Positions 29,689-38,122 of a stretch of 64,000 bases of DNA are shown in pieces. This DNA comes from Oscillospiraceae bacterium. Lineage in GTDB: Bacteria > Bacillota > Clostridia > Oscillospirales > CAG-272. Under the pieces are notes generated by a model, which saw nothing but the letters and a program-made list of their open reading frames with translations, did no database searches and was not told the origin of the DNA. Each line of letters begins with the position of its first letter. The first letter of the stretch is position 1. A program made the translations under genes and the position numbers. The stretch is from positions 14,248 to 78,247 of the forward strand of contig SVRP01000003.1 in the NCBI GenBank assembly GCA_015064735.1, written 5' to 3'.

Positions 29689-30243
29689 TTATTCAGCCTC
29701 TCCAAAATTAGGCAATTCAGACTTAATATATGACTCTCTTATATAGAGATATCCTTCGGGGGAGCTGAGAACGTTTTCGGAAAACAACAAAATTCCGTTT
29801 ACGTTATCCTTCGTACGGGCTTCGTTACAGGTGTCATCATCGTGAAGTGTCATTGAGTGGAAGAAATACGCAAGAGTCCCGTCATCCATTATTTCATACT
29901 TATAGGTTCTTGTATAATGCGATACCCCCATGATATTATCGACTTCGGAATAGTAGTGATGCTTCAGCAAGCCGTCTTCAAAAATAAGATAATTCTGCTG
30001 ATCCTCGGACCTTGATACGCTACCTTCACTAATATATTTTTCCCCGAAAACTATTTTATTTGATGAGGAAGTATCCTGCTTAATAGGCGCTGATACATCA
30101 TTTCCAATAGCATTGTTTTCCCCGGAAGCCGTTTTGTCTGCTGAAGAAGTATCCTGATTTCCGTTGCCTTCGGACTCATTTTTGCATGCAAAAAGAGTCA
30201 TAAAACAACACATTACCAATAGAAGAGCTATAATCTTTTTCAT
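29689..30243 (-). CDS. Hypothetical lipoprotein
   Basis: MKKIIALLLVMCCFMTLFAC is a signal peptide with a lipobox. A low-complexity Ser/Asn/Gly-rich linker follows, then an unassigned domain. Confidence 0.6.
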   Translation of the reverse strand: MKKIIALLLVMCCFMTLFACKNESEGNGNQDTSSADKTASGENNAIGNDVSAPIKQDTSSSNKIVFGEKYISEGSVSRSEDQQNYLIFEDGLLKHHYYSEVDNIMGVSHYTRTYKYEIMDDGTLAYFFHSMTLHDDDTCNEARTKDNVNGILLFSENVLSSPEGYLYIRESYIKSELPNFGEAE

Positions 30244-30297
30244 AAAATTATTCCTTTTATTTATAAAATTTTATTGGGTTAAATATGGGATATAAAA

Positions 30298-30326
30298 ATT
30301 ATACCATATACCGGCAATAATGTCAA
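30298..30326 (-). promoter_or_regulatory. Promoter of the lipoprotein gene
   Basis: Minus strand: TTGACA (30326-30321), a 17-nt spacer, then TATAAT (30303-30298). Confidence 0.55.
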
Positions 30327-30394
30327 GCCTTAAGTAATTAAGTTGTTAGCTTTTCATGTGGAATATTCGGCATTGCCGAAAGCGAATTTCGTTG

Positions 30395-30427
30395 AAAAAA
30401 GCCATTCGCTTTCGCAAATGGCTTTTT
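30395..30427 (-). terminator. Terminator downstream of the four-helix-bundle/membrane gene pair
   Basis: AAAAGCCATT..GC TTTC GC..AATGGCTTTT, with A-run and T-run flanks. Confidence 0.65.
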
Positions 30428-30487
30428 CTGCCTTAAACGTGACAAAAGGTGTCTGAACAAGGATAAAAACGAACAAAAGGTGTTCGG

Positions 30488-30889
30488 TCAACTTGCGATT
30501 TCAGCAATGAACCGCATTACCGGAAGCAACAAAATGAATGACGGAGACAAAAACAGGCTAAACCTCAGAACATTGAAAAACAGCTCTATGTTATACTCAA
30601 AGCGTGTTCCATTGGTGAATAAAAATGCAACAACTTGCCAAAACAGCAAGAAAACGATCATTGCAACAACTGTAAAAATGATTGTTTTGGTTTTAGTTGA
30701 CTCAAAGGGTTCTATCAGCCGATATGCATTCACTGCAAATAAGAAAAAGTCGATAATACAGATCAACCAAAATATAATTTCGTATGGATTCTTAAATGCA
30801 AAGTAATAGACAAAAGATAGAGAAGATGCTAAAACACCTACAATTATCAGTATTGACAATGGAATTTCTGCTATATTGATTTTCTTCAT
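30488..30889 (-). CDS. Hypothetical membrane protein (about 4 TM)
   Basis: 133 aa and strongly hydrophobic. Its start overlaps the upstream stop (ATGA), which suggests translational coupling. Confidence 0.5.
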   Translation of the reverse strand: MKKINIAEIPLSILIIVGVLASSLSFVYYFAFKNPYEIIFWLICIIDFFLFAVNAYRLIEPFESTKTKTIIFTVVAMIVFLLFWQVVAFLFTNGTRFEYNIELFFNVLRFSLFLSPSFILLLPVMRFIAEIAS

Positions 30890-31233
30890 TTCATGCTTTC
30901 CTTTAGTGTTTTACAACTTGCGATCAACATTCGTCTGATACGACCGCAAAGATTTCTGTGGCTTTTATATGTTTCTTCATCAATACCATTTGTGTTGAAT
31001 AATAACTGTAACCAACCTTCTGTTTCACTACATTCCTTGAGAGCTATTTCAAATTTTGAAAGCATATCTGCTTTGCTCTGTCCGTAATTGGCTTCACGAA
31101 TATTTGCGTACACACTACTTGAGCTCTTGCGAATTTGAAAGAGAGTGTTAGACGGAACTTTTATATTTTGACAAAGCAATTCTATATCGGTCGCAAGCTG
31201 CTCCGAATAGATTAGTAAATAGTTTTTAGCCAT
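30886..31233 (-). CDS. Four-helix-bundle protein (23S rRNA intervening-sequence protein / Avd-like family)
   Basis: 115 aa. FQIRKSSSSVYANIREANYGQSKADMLSKFEIALKECSETEGWLQLL matches the family pattern Q-I-R-R-x-x-x-S-x-x-x-N-I-x-E-G ... F-x-x-A-x-x-S-x-x-E. GGAG RBS. Confidence 0.65.
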   Translation of the reverse strand: MAKNYLLIYSEQLATDIELLCQNIKVPSNTLFQIRKSSSSVYANIREANYGQSKADMLSKFEIALKECSETEGWLQLLFNTNGIDEETYKSHRNLCGRIRRMLIASCKTLKESMK

Positions 31234-31254
31234 AATATCACTCCTTCCAATGGT

Positions 31255-31283
31255 ATTATATCATGTTTTGCAAAGTAATTCAA
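31255..31283 (-). promoter_or_regulatory. Promoter of the four-helix-bundle gene pair
   Basis: Minus strand: TTGAAT (31283-31278), a 17-nt spacer, then TATAAT (31260-31255). Confidence 0.55.
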
Positions 31284-31310
31284 GAACTTTCCGCAATCTC
31301 GCGTCCCAAT

Positions 31311-31493
31311 CACGCCAAAGGCGTGTATATCATCCGCAACTTGTTGCGGTATATCATCAATGCGAAGCATTGTATATCATCAAGCCGCAGGGGAGATACA
31401 GCCCCAAAGGGGCTGATGAGATACAAGGGCGGCGAGCCGCCCTTGATGATATACACGACTGCGTCGTGATGATATGCCAAGCCTGCGGCTTGG
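31311..31493. repeat. Mirror-symmetric array of seven GC-rich hairpins joined by a conserved 10-nt linker (GTATATCATC / GATGATATAC)
   Basis: Hairpins lie at 31311-25, 31334-49, 31359-71, 31399-415, 31425-44, 31455-67 and 31477-93. GTATATCATC occurs at 31325, 31349 and 31372. GATGATATAC-type linkers occur at 31415, 31445 and 31468, with a degenerate copy at 31390. See the findings for detail. Confidence 0.8.
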
Positions 31494-31498
31494 ATAAA

Positions 31499-31537
31499 CA
31501 AAAAGAGAACTTTTGTCTACCAAAAGTTCTCTTTTTG
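31499..31537 (-). terminator. Terminator of tRNA-Val
   Basis: 16-bp stem CAAAAAGAGAACTTTT / GTCTACC / AAAAGTTCTCTTTTTG, followed by a T-rich tract on the minus strand. Confidence 0.8.
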
Positions 31538-31538
31538 T

Positions 31539-31615
31539 TGGTGGAGACAGTTGAATTCGAATCAACGACCCCATGCATGTCAAGCATGTACTCTAACCAA
31601 CTGAGCTATGCCTCC
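31539..31615 (-). tRNA. tRNA-Val (anticodon GAC)
   Basis: Reverse-complement cloverleaf. The acceptor stem is GGAGGCA/TGTCTCC (one G-U pair), the anticodon stem CATGC/GCATG has loop TTGACAT, the T-loop is TTCGAAT, and CCA is encoded. Confidence 0.9.
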
Positions 31616-31627
31616 GTAACGGCATAC

Positions 31628-31656
31628 ATTATATCACACCTCTTCTTATTTTTCAA
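31628..31656 (-). promoter_or_regulatory. Promoter of tRNA-Val
   Basis: Minus strand: TTGAAA (31656-31651), a 17-nt spacer, then TATAAT (31633-31628) with an extended -10 TG. Confidence 0.6.
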
Positions 31657-31684
31657 TAGTTTTTTTGAAAAATTCCGAAAAAGG

Positions 31685-31713
31685 TTGAAAAATTTTTCGT
31701 TTCATATTATAAT
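31685..31713 (+). promoter_or_regulatory. Promoter of the ABC exporter pair
   Basis: TTGAAA (31685-31690), a 17-nt spacer, then TATAAT (31708-31713). Confidence 0.6.
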
Positions 31714-31746
31714 AAAGGGAGTGAATACATTTTCGGGAGATTTATT

Positions 31747-33474
31747 TTGAAAAAGCTGCTTAAGTTTCTAAAAGGTTACTACCTCCAATCGGTACTTGCC
31801 CCTACCTTCAAGATGCTTGAGGCTCTTTTTGAGCTTCTCGTCCCTCTTGCTGTAGCGGCAATTATTGACAAGGGTATAAATCAGAATAACAGGTCGGTCG
31901 TTCTTTCCATGTGCGGTATTATGATCGCTCTCGGAGTTATCGGTCTTATATGCGCTATCTGCGCTCAGTTCTTTGCCGCAAGAGCCGCCGTAGGAGTTGC
32001 AACACGTGTAAGAAGCGCGCTCTTTTCGCATATTCAGAAATTCAGCTACAAAAACACCGACAAAATAGGAACGTCCACTCTCATTACGAGAATGACGGGA
32101 GACATCAACTCCATGCAAACGGGTGTAAATATGTTTCTCCGTCTCTTTATGCGCTCCCCCTTTATAGTTTTCGGTGCAATGGTCATGGCATTTACCATAA
32201 GCCCGAGGCTGTCTCTCATTTTTCTCGGTGTGATCGCTATTCTTATGGTCGTCGTTTTCGGAATAATGCTTATAAGCATTCCCATATACAAAAAATCTCA
32301 GGCAAAGCTTGATCGTGTTGTCGGAAAGGTTCGTGAAAACTACAACGGCGCAAGGGTTATAAGAGCCTTTAATAAAGAGGGGGCGGAAATAGAGGAGTTC
32401 GACAAGCGCAACGACGCATTGACGAAGATACAGATATTCGCGGGCAGAATTTCCGCGCTTATGAATCCTCTTACTTACGTAATCATCAATTTAGCAATTA
32501 TTCTGCTCATCAGAGCGGGAGCTATATCGGTAAACAGCGGAAATCTCACCCAAGGAGAGCTGCTCGCCCTTTACAACTACATGTCCCAGATACTTGTCGA
32601 GCTTATCAAGCTTGCAAGTCTTATTATCACTCTCAATAAAGCTTCGGCAAGCGGCAAGCGAGTTTTCGCAATTCTTGACACCGAGCCCGAAGAAAAAAGA
32701 ACGGCAGAAGCCAAATCCACCGACAACGGCAGCGCGGTATGCTTTGACAACGTTTCATTCAGATACCACAAGGACGGAGACGAGGCACTTTCGAACATCA
32801 GCTTTTCGGTAAATAAGGGTGAAACCGTAGGTATCATCGGCGGTACGGGCTCGGGAAAGAGTACTCTTATAAATCTTATTCCCGCATTTTACGCTCCCAC
32901 GTCGGGTAACGTATTTATAAATGAAAAGAACGCTCTCCTTTACGGCAAAAAAGAGCTGAACGGCATGTTTGCGGTAGTTCCCCAAAAGGCAGTGCTTTTC
33001 AAGGGAACCGTTCGCTCCAACCTTCTTTTCGGAAAGAACGACGCAACCGACGAAGAGCTTTTAGACGCGCTTTCCAAGGCGCAGGCGCTTGATTTTGTAA
33101 ACGAGCTTGAAAACAAATTAGACGCGACCGTTGAGCAAAACGGAAGAAACCTTTCGGGCGGTCAGAAGCAGAGACTCACAATAGCCCGCGCTCTCGTCAG
33201 AAAGCCGCAGTTTCTAATACTCGACGATTCGGCATCGGCTCTTGACTATGCCACCGAATCGCGCTTGCGCTCTGCCCTTTCGTCTCTTGATTATTCTCCT
33301 ACCACGTTTATCGTTTCTCAGCGAGCTTCTTCAATTATGCACGCGGATAAGATTCTTGTTCTTGACGACGGAGAGGTCGTTGGAATGGGAACTCACGCAG
33401 AGCTCCTCGAAAGCTGCGACGTGTACAAGGACATCTACCGCTCTCAATTTTCCGAGGGAGGTGAAGCAAAATGA
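31747..33474 (+). CDS. ABC transporter ATP-binding/permease protein (exporter half-transporter)
   Basis: TTG start with a GGGAG RBS. A six-TM N-domain is followed by Walker A GGTGSGKST, signature LSGGQKQR and Walker B LILDDSASALD. Confidence 0.85.
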   Translation: MKKLLKFLKGYYLQSVLAPTFKMLEALFELLVPLAVAAIIDKGINQNNRSVVLSMCGIMIALGVIGLICAICAQFFAARAAVGVATRVRSALFSHIQKFSYKNTDKIGTSTLITRMTGDINSMQTGVNMFLRLFMRSPFIVFGAMVMAFTISPRLSLIFLGVIAILMVVVFGIMLISIPIYKKSQAKLDRVVGKVRENYNGARVIRAFNKEGAEIEEFDKRNDALTKIQIFAGRISALMNPLTYVIINLAIILLIRAGAISVNSGNLTQGELLALYNYMSQILVELIKLASLIITLNKASASGKRVFAILDTEPEEKRTAEAKSTDNGSAVCFDNVSFRYHKDGDEALSNISFSVNKGETVGIIGGTGSGKSTLINLIPAFYAPTSGNVFINEKNALLYGKKELNGMFAVVPQKAVLFKGTVRSNLLFGKNDATDEELLDALSKAQALDFVNELENKLDATVEQNGRNLSGGQKQRLTIARALVRKPQFLILDDSASALDYATESRLRSALSSLDYSPTTFIVSQRASSIMHADKILVLDDGEVVGMGTHAELLESCDVYKDIYRSQFSEGGEAK

Positions 33475-35237
33475 AAAAAAAGCAAAGCTTGAAAAAGGAC
33501 CTTAAGACCTTCGGTACAGTTCTTAAATTCTTGAAGATTTACCGAATCCACTTCATTCTTTCCCTTTTGCTCACCGCGGTTTCTGTTGGACTTACGCTTT
33601 ACATTCCCATTCTCGTCGGACAGGCGATCGACCATGCTGTTGGCGCGGGCGCCGTAGACATGAGCGCTATCGGAATTATTCTTACGAAAATTCTTATTTC
33701 CGTGCTGATTACGGGTGTTATTACGTGGATAGTTAACGTTCTTAACAACCGCATGACCTACGGGATCGTAAAGAATATACGGCGCAAAGCCTTTCTACGT
33801 ATTCAGGAATTCCCCATATCCTTTATGGACTCCAACAGAACGGGAGATATTATAAGCCGCACGATTACCGACGTAGATACATTTGCCGACGGTCTGCTTA
33901 TGGGCTTTACCCAATTTTTCAACGGAATAATGACCATTCTCGGTACTCTCGTGTTCATGTTCATTTACAGTCCCCCCGTTGCTCTTATAGTAGTTATCGT
34001 TACTCCCCTTTCGCTTTTCGTAGCTTCATTTATTGCAAAAAAGACCCACTCAATGTTCAAGCTTCAGGCGGAGATACGTAGCGAGCAGACATCCCTTATT
34101 GACGAAGCTATATCCGAGCATAAAACGGTTGCGGCTTTCGGTCAGGAAGAAAATATTCAAAGAGATTTTGACGAGATAAACAACAGACTTGAGGGTGCAT
34201 CCCTGCGAGCTATATTCTTCTCGTCAATTACAAATCCCTCGACGAGATTCGTTAACAGTGTGGTATACGCGCTCGTCGCATTTACGGGAGCGCTCCTTTG
34301 CATTGGCGGAAACGCAGGAATGACAGTCGGACGTCTTTCGAGCTTTCTTTCCTACGCAACCCAATACACAAAGCCCTTCAATGAGATTTCGGGAGTTGTT
34401 ACAGAGCTTCAGAACGCTCTTGCCTGCGCGGAACGCGTATTTGAGCTTATCGATACTCCCGTGCAGACACCCGATACCGATACCCCTTGCGAGCCCGAAA
34501 AGATCAACGGTATTGTTGAATTTTCAAACGTATCCTTCTCTTACACCCCGGATAAAAAGCTTATTGAGAATTTTAATCTCAAAACCTATGAGGGTCAGCA
34601 TATAGCCATCGTAGGACCCACGGGATGCGGAAAAACAACGCTTATAAATCTTCTCATGCGCTTCTATGACGTTGACGGCGGCGAGATCCGTCTTGACGGT
34701 ACGGATATACGCGATTATACCCGTAAAACGCTTCGGTCATCCTACGGAATGGTGCTTCAGGACACATGGCTGTGCAGCGGAACTATCCGAGACAATATTG
34801 CCTTTGGAAAGCCCGATGCGACAGACGAGGAAATAAAGGAAGCGGCAAAGGCGGCTCACGCTCACAGCTTCATCCGTCGTTTGCCCGATGGATACAATAC
34901 GGTGATCTCCGAGGACGGCGGCGCGCTCTCACAAGGACAGAAGCAGCTCCTTTGTATTGCAAGAGTTATGCTCTGCTTGCCCGAAATACTGATACTTGAT
35001 GAGGCTACCTCGTCAATAGATACGAGAACCGAAATTCGTATTCAAAAGGCATTTACGACGATGATGAACGGGCGCACGAGCTTTATCGTTGCCCACCGAC
35101 TTTCTACCATTAAGGAAGCCGACCTGATACTCGTTATGAAGGACGGAAACATTATCGAGCAAGGAACTCACACAGAGCTTCTTGAAAAGAACGGATTTTA
35201 TACCAAGCTTTATAACAGCCAGTTTGTTAAGGAATAA
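33471..35237 (+). CDS. ABC transporter ATP-binding/permease protein (heterodimer partner)
   Basis: It overlaps the upstream stop by 4 nt. Walker A GPTGCGKTT, signature LSQGQKQL, Walker B LILDEATSSID. Confidence 0.85.
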   Translation: MKKKQSLKKDLKTFGTVLKFLKIYRIHFILSLLLTAVSVGLTLYIPILVGQAIDHAVGAGAVDMSAIGIILTKILISVLITGVITWIVNVLNNRMTYGIVKNIRRKAFLRIQEFPISFMDSNRTGDIISRTITDVDTFADGLLMGFTQFFNGIMTILGTLVFMFIYSPPVALIVVIVTPLSLFVASFIAKKTHSMFKLQAEIRSEQTSLIDEAISEHKTVAAFGQEENIQRDFDEINNRLEGASLRAIFFSSITNPSTRFVNSVVYALVAFTGALLCIGGNAGMTVGRLSSFLSYATQYTKPFNEISGVVTELQNALACAERVFELIDTPVQTPDTDTPCEPEKINGIVEFSNVSFSYTPDKKLIENFNLKTYEGQHIAIVGPTGCGKTTLINLLMRFYDVDGGEIRLDGTDIRDYTRKTLRSSYGMVLQDTWLCSGTIRDNIAFGKPDATDEEIKEAAKAAHAHSFIRRLPDGYNTVISEDGGALSQGQKQLLCIARVMLCLPEILILDEATSSIDTRTEIRIQKAFTTMMNGRTSFIVAHRLSTIKEADLILVMKDGNIIEQGTHTELLEKNGFYTKLYNSQFVKE

Positions 35238-35240
35238 AAA

Positions 35241-35276
35241 AATATGCTGAGTTCGCATGAACTCAGCATATTTTTT
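35241..35276. terminator. Bidirectional terminator between the ABC exporter and glyQS
   Basis: 14-bp stem AATATGCTGAGTTC / GCAT / GAACTCAGCATATT, with A-run and T-run flanks. Confidence 0.8.
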
Positions 35277-35287
35277 ATTTGCATGAT

Positions 35288-36691
35288 TTAAAACTCAATA
35301 GTCTTTTCGATATAGCTCTTAAGCTCGGAGATCGGGATTCTTACCTGCTCCATGGAGTCTCTGTCGCGGACGGTTACGCAGCCGTCGTTTTCGGACTCAA
35401 AGTCATAGGTGATACAAAGAGGAGTACCAACCTCGTCCTGACGGCGGTATCTCTTACCGATAGAGCCTGCCTCGTCAAAGTCAACGCTGAAGTACTTGGA
35501 AAGCTCGGTGTAGATCTCGTCTGCCTTATCGGAAAGCTTCTTGGAAAGAGGAAGAACTGCAGCCTTGAAGGGCGCGAGAGCGGGATGCAGGTGCATAACT
35601 ACGCGGACGTCGTTCTTCTCTGCGTCAATAACCTCCTCGTCATAAGCATCGCAAAGAACAGAGAGAACGGTTCTCTCTACGCCAAGGCTGGGCTCAACAA
35701 CGTAAGGAATGTAGTGCTCGTTGGTTTCCTGATCAAAGTAAGTAAGGTCCTTACCCGAAACGGTCTGATGCTGGGTAAGGTCGTAGTCGGTTCTGTCAGC
35801 AACGCCCCAAAGCTCGCCCCATCCGAAGGGGAAAAGGAATTCGAAGTCGGTTGTTGCCTTGGAATAGAAGCAAAGCTCCTCGGGATCGTGGTCGCGGAGT
35901 CTGATATTCTCCTCCTTAAGACCGATAGCGAGCAACCACTCACGGCAGAAGCTTCTCCAATAGTTGAACCACTCAAGGTCGGTGCCGGGCTTACAGAAGA
36001 ACTCAAGCTCCATCTGCTCGAACTCACGTACACGGAAAATGAAGTTACCGGGAGTTATCTCGTTACGGAAGGACTTACCTATCTGCGCGATACCGAAAGG
36101 AAGCTTCTTTCTCGTGGTTCTCTGTACGCTTACAAAGTTAGTAAAGATACCCTGTGCAGTCTCGGGACGGAGATAAACGGTATTCTTTGCGTCCTCGGTT
36201 ACACCCTGGAAGGTCTTGAACATGAGGTTGAACTGACGGATGTCGGTAAAGTTATGCTTTCCGCAGGTGGGACAAGGAATGTTGTGCTCCTCTACGAAAG
36301 CCTTCATTTCCTCATGAGTATATGCGTCGATGGGCTTTTCAAGAGTGAATGCGTTTTCTGCGCACCAATCCTCAATAAGCTTATCTGCTCTGAATCTTTC
36401 GTGGCACTCACGGCAGTCCATAAGGGGATCGGAAAATCCCGCAAGGTGTCCCGAAGCTACCCAAGTCTGGGGATTCATAAGGATAGCGGCGTCAAGTCCT
36501 ACGTTGTACTTGTTTTCCTGTACGAACTTCTTCCACCAAGCCTTCTTTACGTTATTCTTAAGCTCTACGCCGAGAGGGCCGTAATCCCAAGTGTTAGCGA
36601 GACCGCCGTAGATCTCGGAGCCGGGGAAAATAAAGCCTCTGGTCTTACACAGAGCGACGATTTTGTCCATTGTTTTTTCGGTATTCTTCAT
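35288..36691 (-). CDS. glyQS: Glycine--tRNA ligase (homodimeric class II type)
   Basis: Trimmed to the ATG at 36691. ...[34 protein letters not shown] is the typical GlyRS N-terminus, and the class II motifs follow. Confidence 0.9.
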   Translation of the reverse strand: MKNTEKTMDKIVALCKTRGFIFPGSEIYGGLANTWDYGPLGVELKNNVKKAWWKKFVQENKYNVGLDAAILMNPQTWVASGHLAGFSDPLMDCRECHERFRADKLIEDWCAENAFTLEKPIDAYTHEEMKAFVEEHNIPCPTCGKHNFTDIRQFNLMFKTFQGVTEDAKNTVYLRPETAQGIFTNFVSVQRTTRKKLPFGIAQIGKSFRNEITPGNFIFRVREFEQMELEFFCKPGTDLEWFNYWRSFCREWLLAIGLKEENIRLRDHDPEELCFYSKATTDFEFLFPFGWGELWGVADRTDYDLTQHQTVSGKDLTYFDQETNEHYIPYVVEPSLGVERTVLSVLCDAYDEEVIDAEKNDVRVVMHLHPALAPFKAAVLPLSKKLSDKADEIYTELSKYFSVDFDEAGSIGKRYRRQDEVGTPLCITYDFESENDGCVTVRDRDSMEQVRIPISELKSYIEKTIEF

Positions 36692-36733
36692 TTTTTTATC
36701 CTTTCTTTTCTCAAAAGATACTATCAATTGATA

Positions 36734-36762
36734 ATTCTATCACATATCCCGATATTTGTCAA
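36734..36762 (-). promoter_or_regulatory. Promoter of glyQS
   Basis: Minus strand: TTGACA (36762-36757), a 17-nt spacer, then TAGAAT (36739-36734). The palindrome TATCAATTGATA (36722-36733) follows immediately. Confidence 0.55.
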
Positions 36763-36777
36763 CACTATTCGGTTATT

Positions 36778-38121
36778 TTATTTTCCCGCAACGCTCATAT
36801 CACGAAGCAGTACGTCGGGCGCGCCGTAGCAGGTATATCCCGACGGGATACCGAAGCTTACGTTGTTTGATATGTCCTCGATCGCAAGAAGCATATCGAA
36901 GAAATTTCCCGCCACGGTAAAGGAGCGAACAGATTCGCATATCTTTCCGTCACGTATACGGTAGCCCGCGCTTTCGATAGAAAAATCTCCCGTAACAGAG
37001 TTACAGCCCGCGTGCATTCCCTTGAATTCGGTTATATAAATTCCGTCCTTGACCTTACCTACAAGGTCATCGGGCGCTGTGTCTCCGCCTTTGATATAAA
37101 AGCTGTAAGGCGCGATATGAACGGGTGTTGAATAGCTGAGTCTTTGTCCGTTACCCGTACTCTCAATTCCCTTTTTATCTGCCGTCGTCAGGTCATAAAG
37201 CAGAGTTTTAAGAACTCCGCTTTCAACAACAGTCTTCTTATAAGCGGCAACTCCCTCTCCGTCAAAGGGGGTCTGCATACTGCATCCCTCTCTCATTGGG
37301 TCATCGATTATATTGATTATTTCCGCGGCGATCTTCTGCCCTTCCTTTTCACGAAGTCTTGACATTCCGAGCTGCGCGTTTCTGCCCGAGAAGGATGAAG
37401 CGTAGGACGAGAGAAGATCTCTCATTCTCTTTCCGCTTATTACTACGTCATACTTTCCCGTATCCACTTCCACCGCGCCTATCTTTGAGAGTGCTTCTTT
37501 TGTTGCGCTCTCGGATATAGCCGAGAGGTCGTTTTCATTGAGTCCGATAGCGAAATCAAAGCCCTCCTCGGACTGTTCATCCTTTTGAACGACAGACTGA
37601 ACGTAAGCTCCGCTCATAGCTACCGAGTTTGAAAGCCTAAGTCCGTATGAGTTCATAAGCTCGGTCTTTATCTTGCTCTCAAAAACTGCCGACTGTGTTC
37701 CGTCGGTGATATATTCGCTTGCCTTATAGGTGTTATCCTGCATCCAAAGAGCAAGTCGCTTAAGCGTTGCCGCATCAGCTTCATCAGCCTTGGGAAGCTT
37801 GGGGGTTTCGTATTTTTCAGAGCCACCGAAAAGTATTGCCTTATCATCGTTCTCTATATTTTTTGCGTTCTCGATGGCTCTTGCAACGAGAGCCTTCATT
37901 TCATTCTCCTCAAAAAGCTCGCTTGAAGCGTTGCCCATGCGTCCGTCTACGATACAGCGGAAGCAAACACCGCCCCGTACACCCGAAGCAAATGAAGATA
38001 TCTCGTCCTTCAAGGTCTCCGCGCTCATATCCGAGGATTCCATATAATAGACCTCATAGCCCTCAAGCCCCGCGCGATTTGCTTCGGCAATAAGAAATTC
38101 CTTAACGTCATCAAATTTCAT
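36778..38121 (-). CDS. pmbA: TldD/PmbA family metalloprotease, PmbA(TldE)-like subunit
   Basis: 447 aa with the TldD/PmbA fold pattern but no HExxxH. It is paired with the adjacent TldD gene. Confidence 0.8.
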   Translation of the reverse strand: MKFDDVKEFLIAEANRAGLEGYEVYYMESSDMSAETLKDEISSFASGVRGGVCFRCIVDGRMGNASSELFEENEMKALVARAIENAKNIENDDKAILFGGSEKYETPKLPKADEADAATLKRLALWMQDNTYKASEYITDGTQSAVFESKIKTELMNSYGLRLSNSVAMSGAYVQSVVQKDEQSEEGFDFAIGLNENDLSAISESATKEALSKIGAVEVDTGKYDVVISGKRMRDLLSSYASSFSGRNAQLGMSRLREKEGQKIAAEIINIIDDPMREGCSMQTPFDGEGVAAYKKTVVESGVLKTLLYDLTTADKKGIESTGNGQRLSYSTPVHIAPYSFYIKGGDTAPDDLVGKVKDGIYITEFKGMHAGCNSVTGDFSIESAGYRIRDGKICESVRSFTVAGNFFDMLLAIEDISNNVSFGIPSGYTCYGAPDVLLRDMSVAGK

Positions 38122-38122
38122 A

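Noticed and set aside
30886-31233. The four-helix-bundle protein as the Avd component of a diversity-generating retroelement.
   Set aside because: There is no reverse transcriptase gene in the window, and I saw no TR/VR repeat pair nearby.
31413-31420. CTGATGAG inside the array resembles the hammerhead ribozyme core (CUGAUGA).
   Set aside because: The hairpin that would be stem II is followed by GAUGAUAU rather than the required GAAA. It is separated from CUGAUGA by 4 extra nt, and no stem III or cleavage-site arrangement exists.
31311-31493. CRISPR-like or REP/BIME interpretation of the hairpin array.
   Set aside because: The conserved unit is only 10 nt, and it is the non-palindromic linker. 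The variable parts are themselves hairpins, the copies are mirrored rather than direct, and there are no cas or RAYT/TnpA genes in the window.
31250-31750. Five overlapping ORFs in the track (31250..31750+, 31263..31469+, 31310..31501-, 31357..31587-, 31380..31583-) that cover the hairpin array and tRNA-Val.
   Set aside because: They occupy several frames on both strands over GC-rich palindromes that simply lack stop codons. Some run through a tRNA gene and its terminator, and none has an RBS. They are non-coding artefacts.
36692-36777. A T-box riboswitch upstream of glyQS.
   Set aside because: Only 86 nt are available, and they are occupied by a promoter. No specifier or T-box sequence (AANNNGGTGGNACCGCG-like) is visible.
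35279-36829. A 516-aa plus-strand ORF.
   Set aside because: It lies exactly antisense to glyQS, which has unmistakable GlyRS motifs. Its sequence is low-complexity and Leu/Val/Ser/Gly-rich, typical of a shadow ORF.
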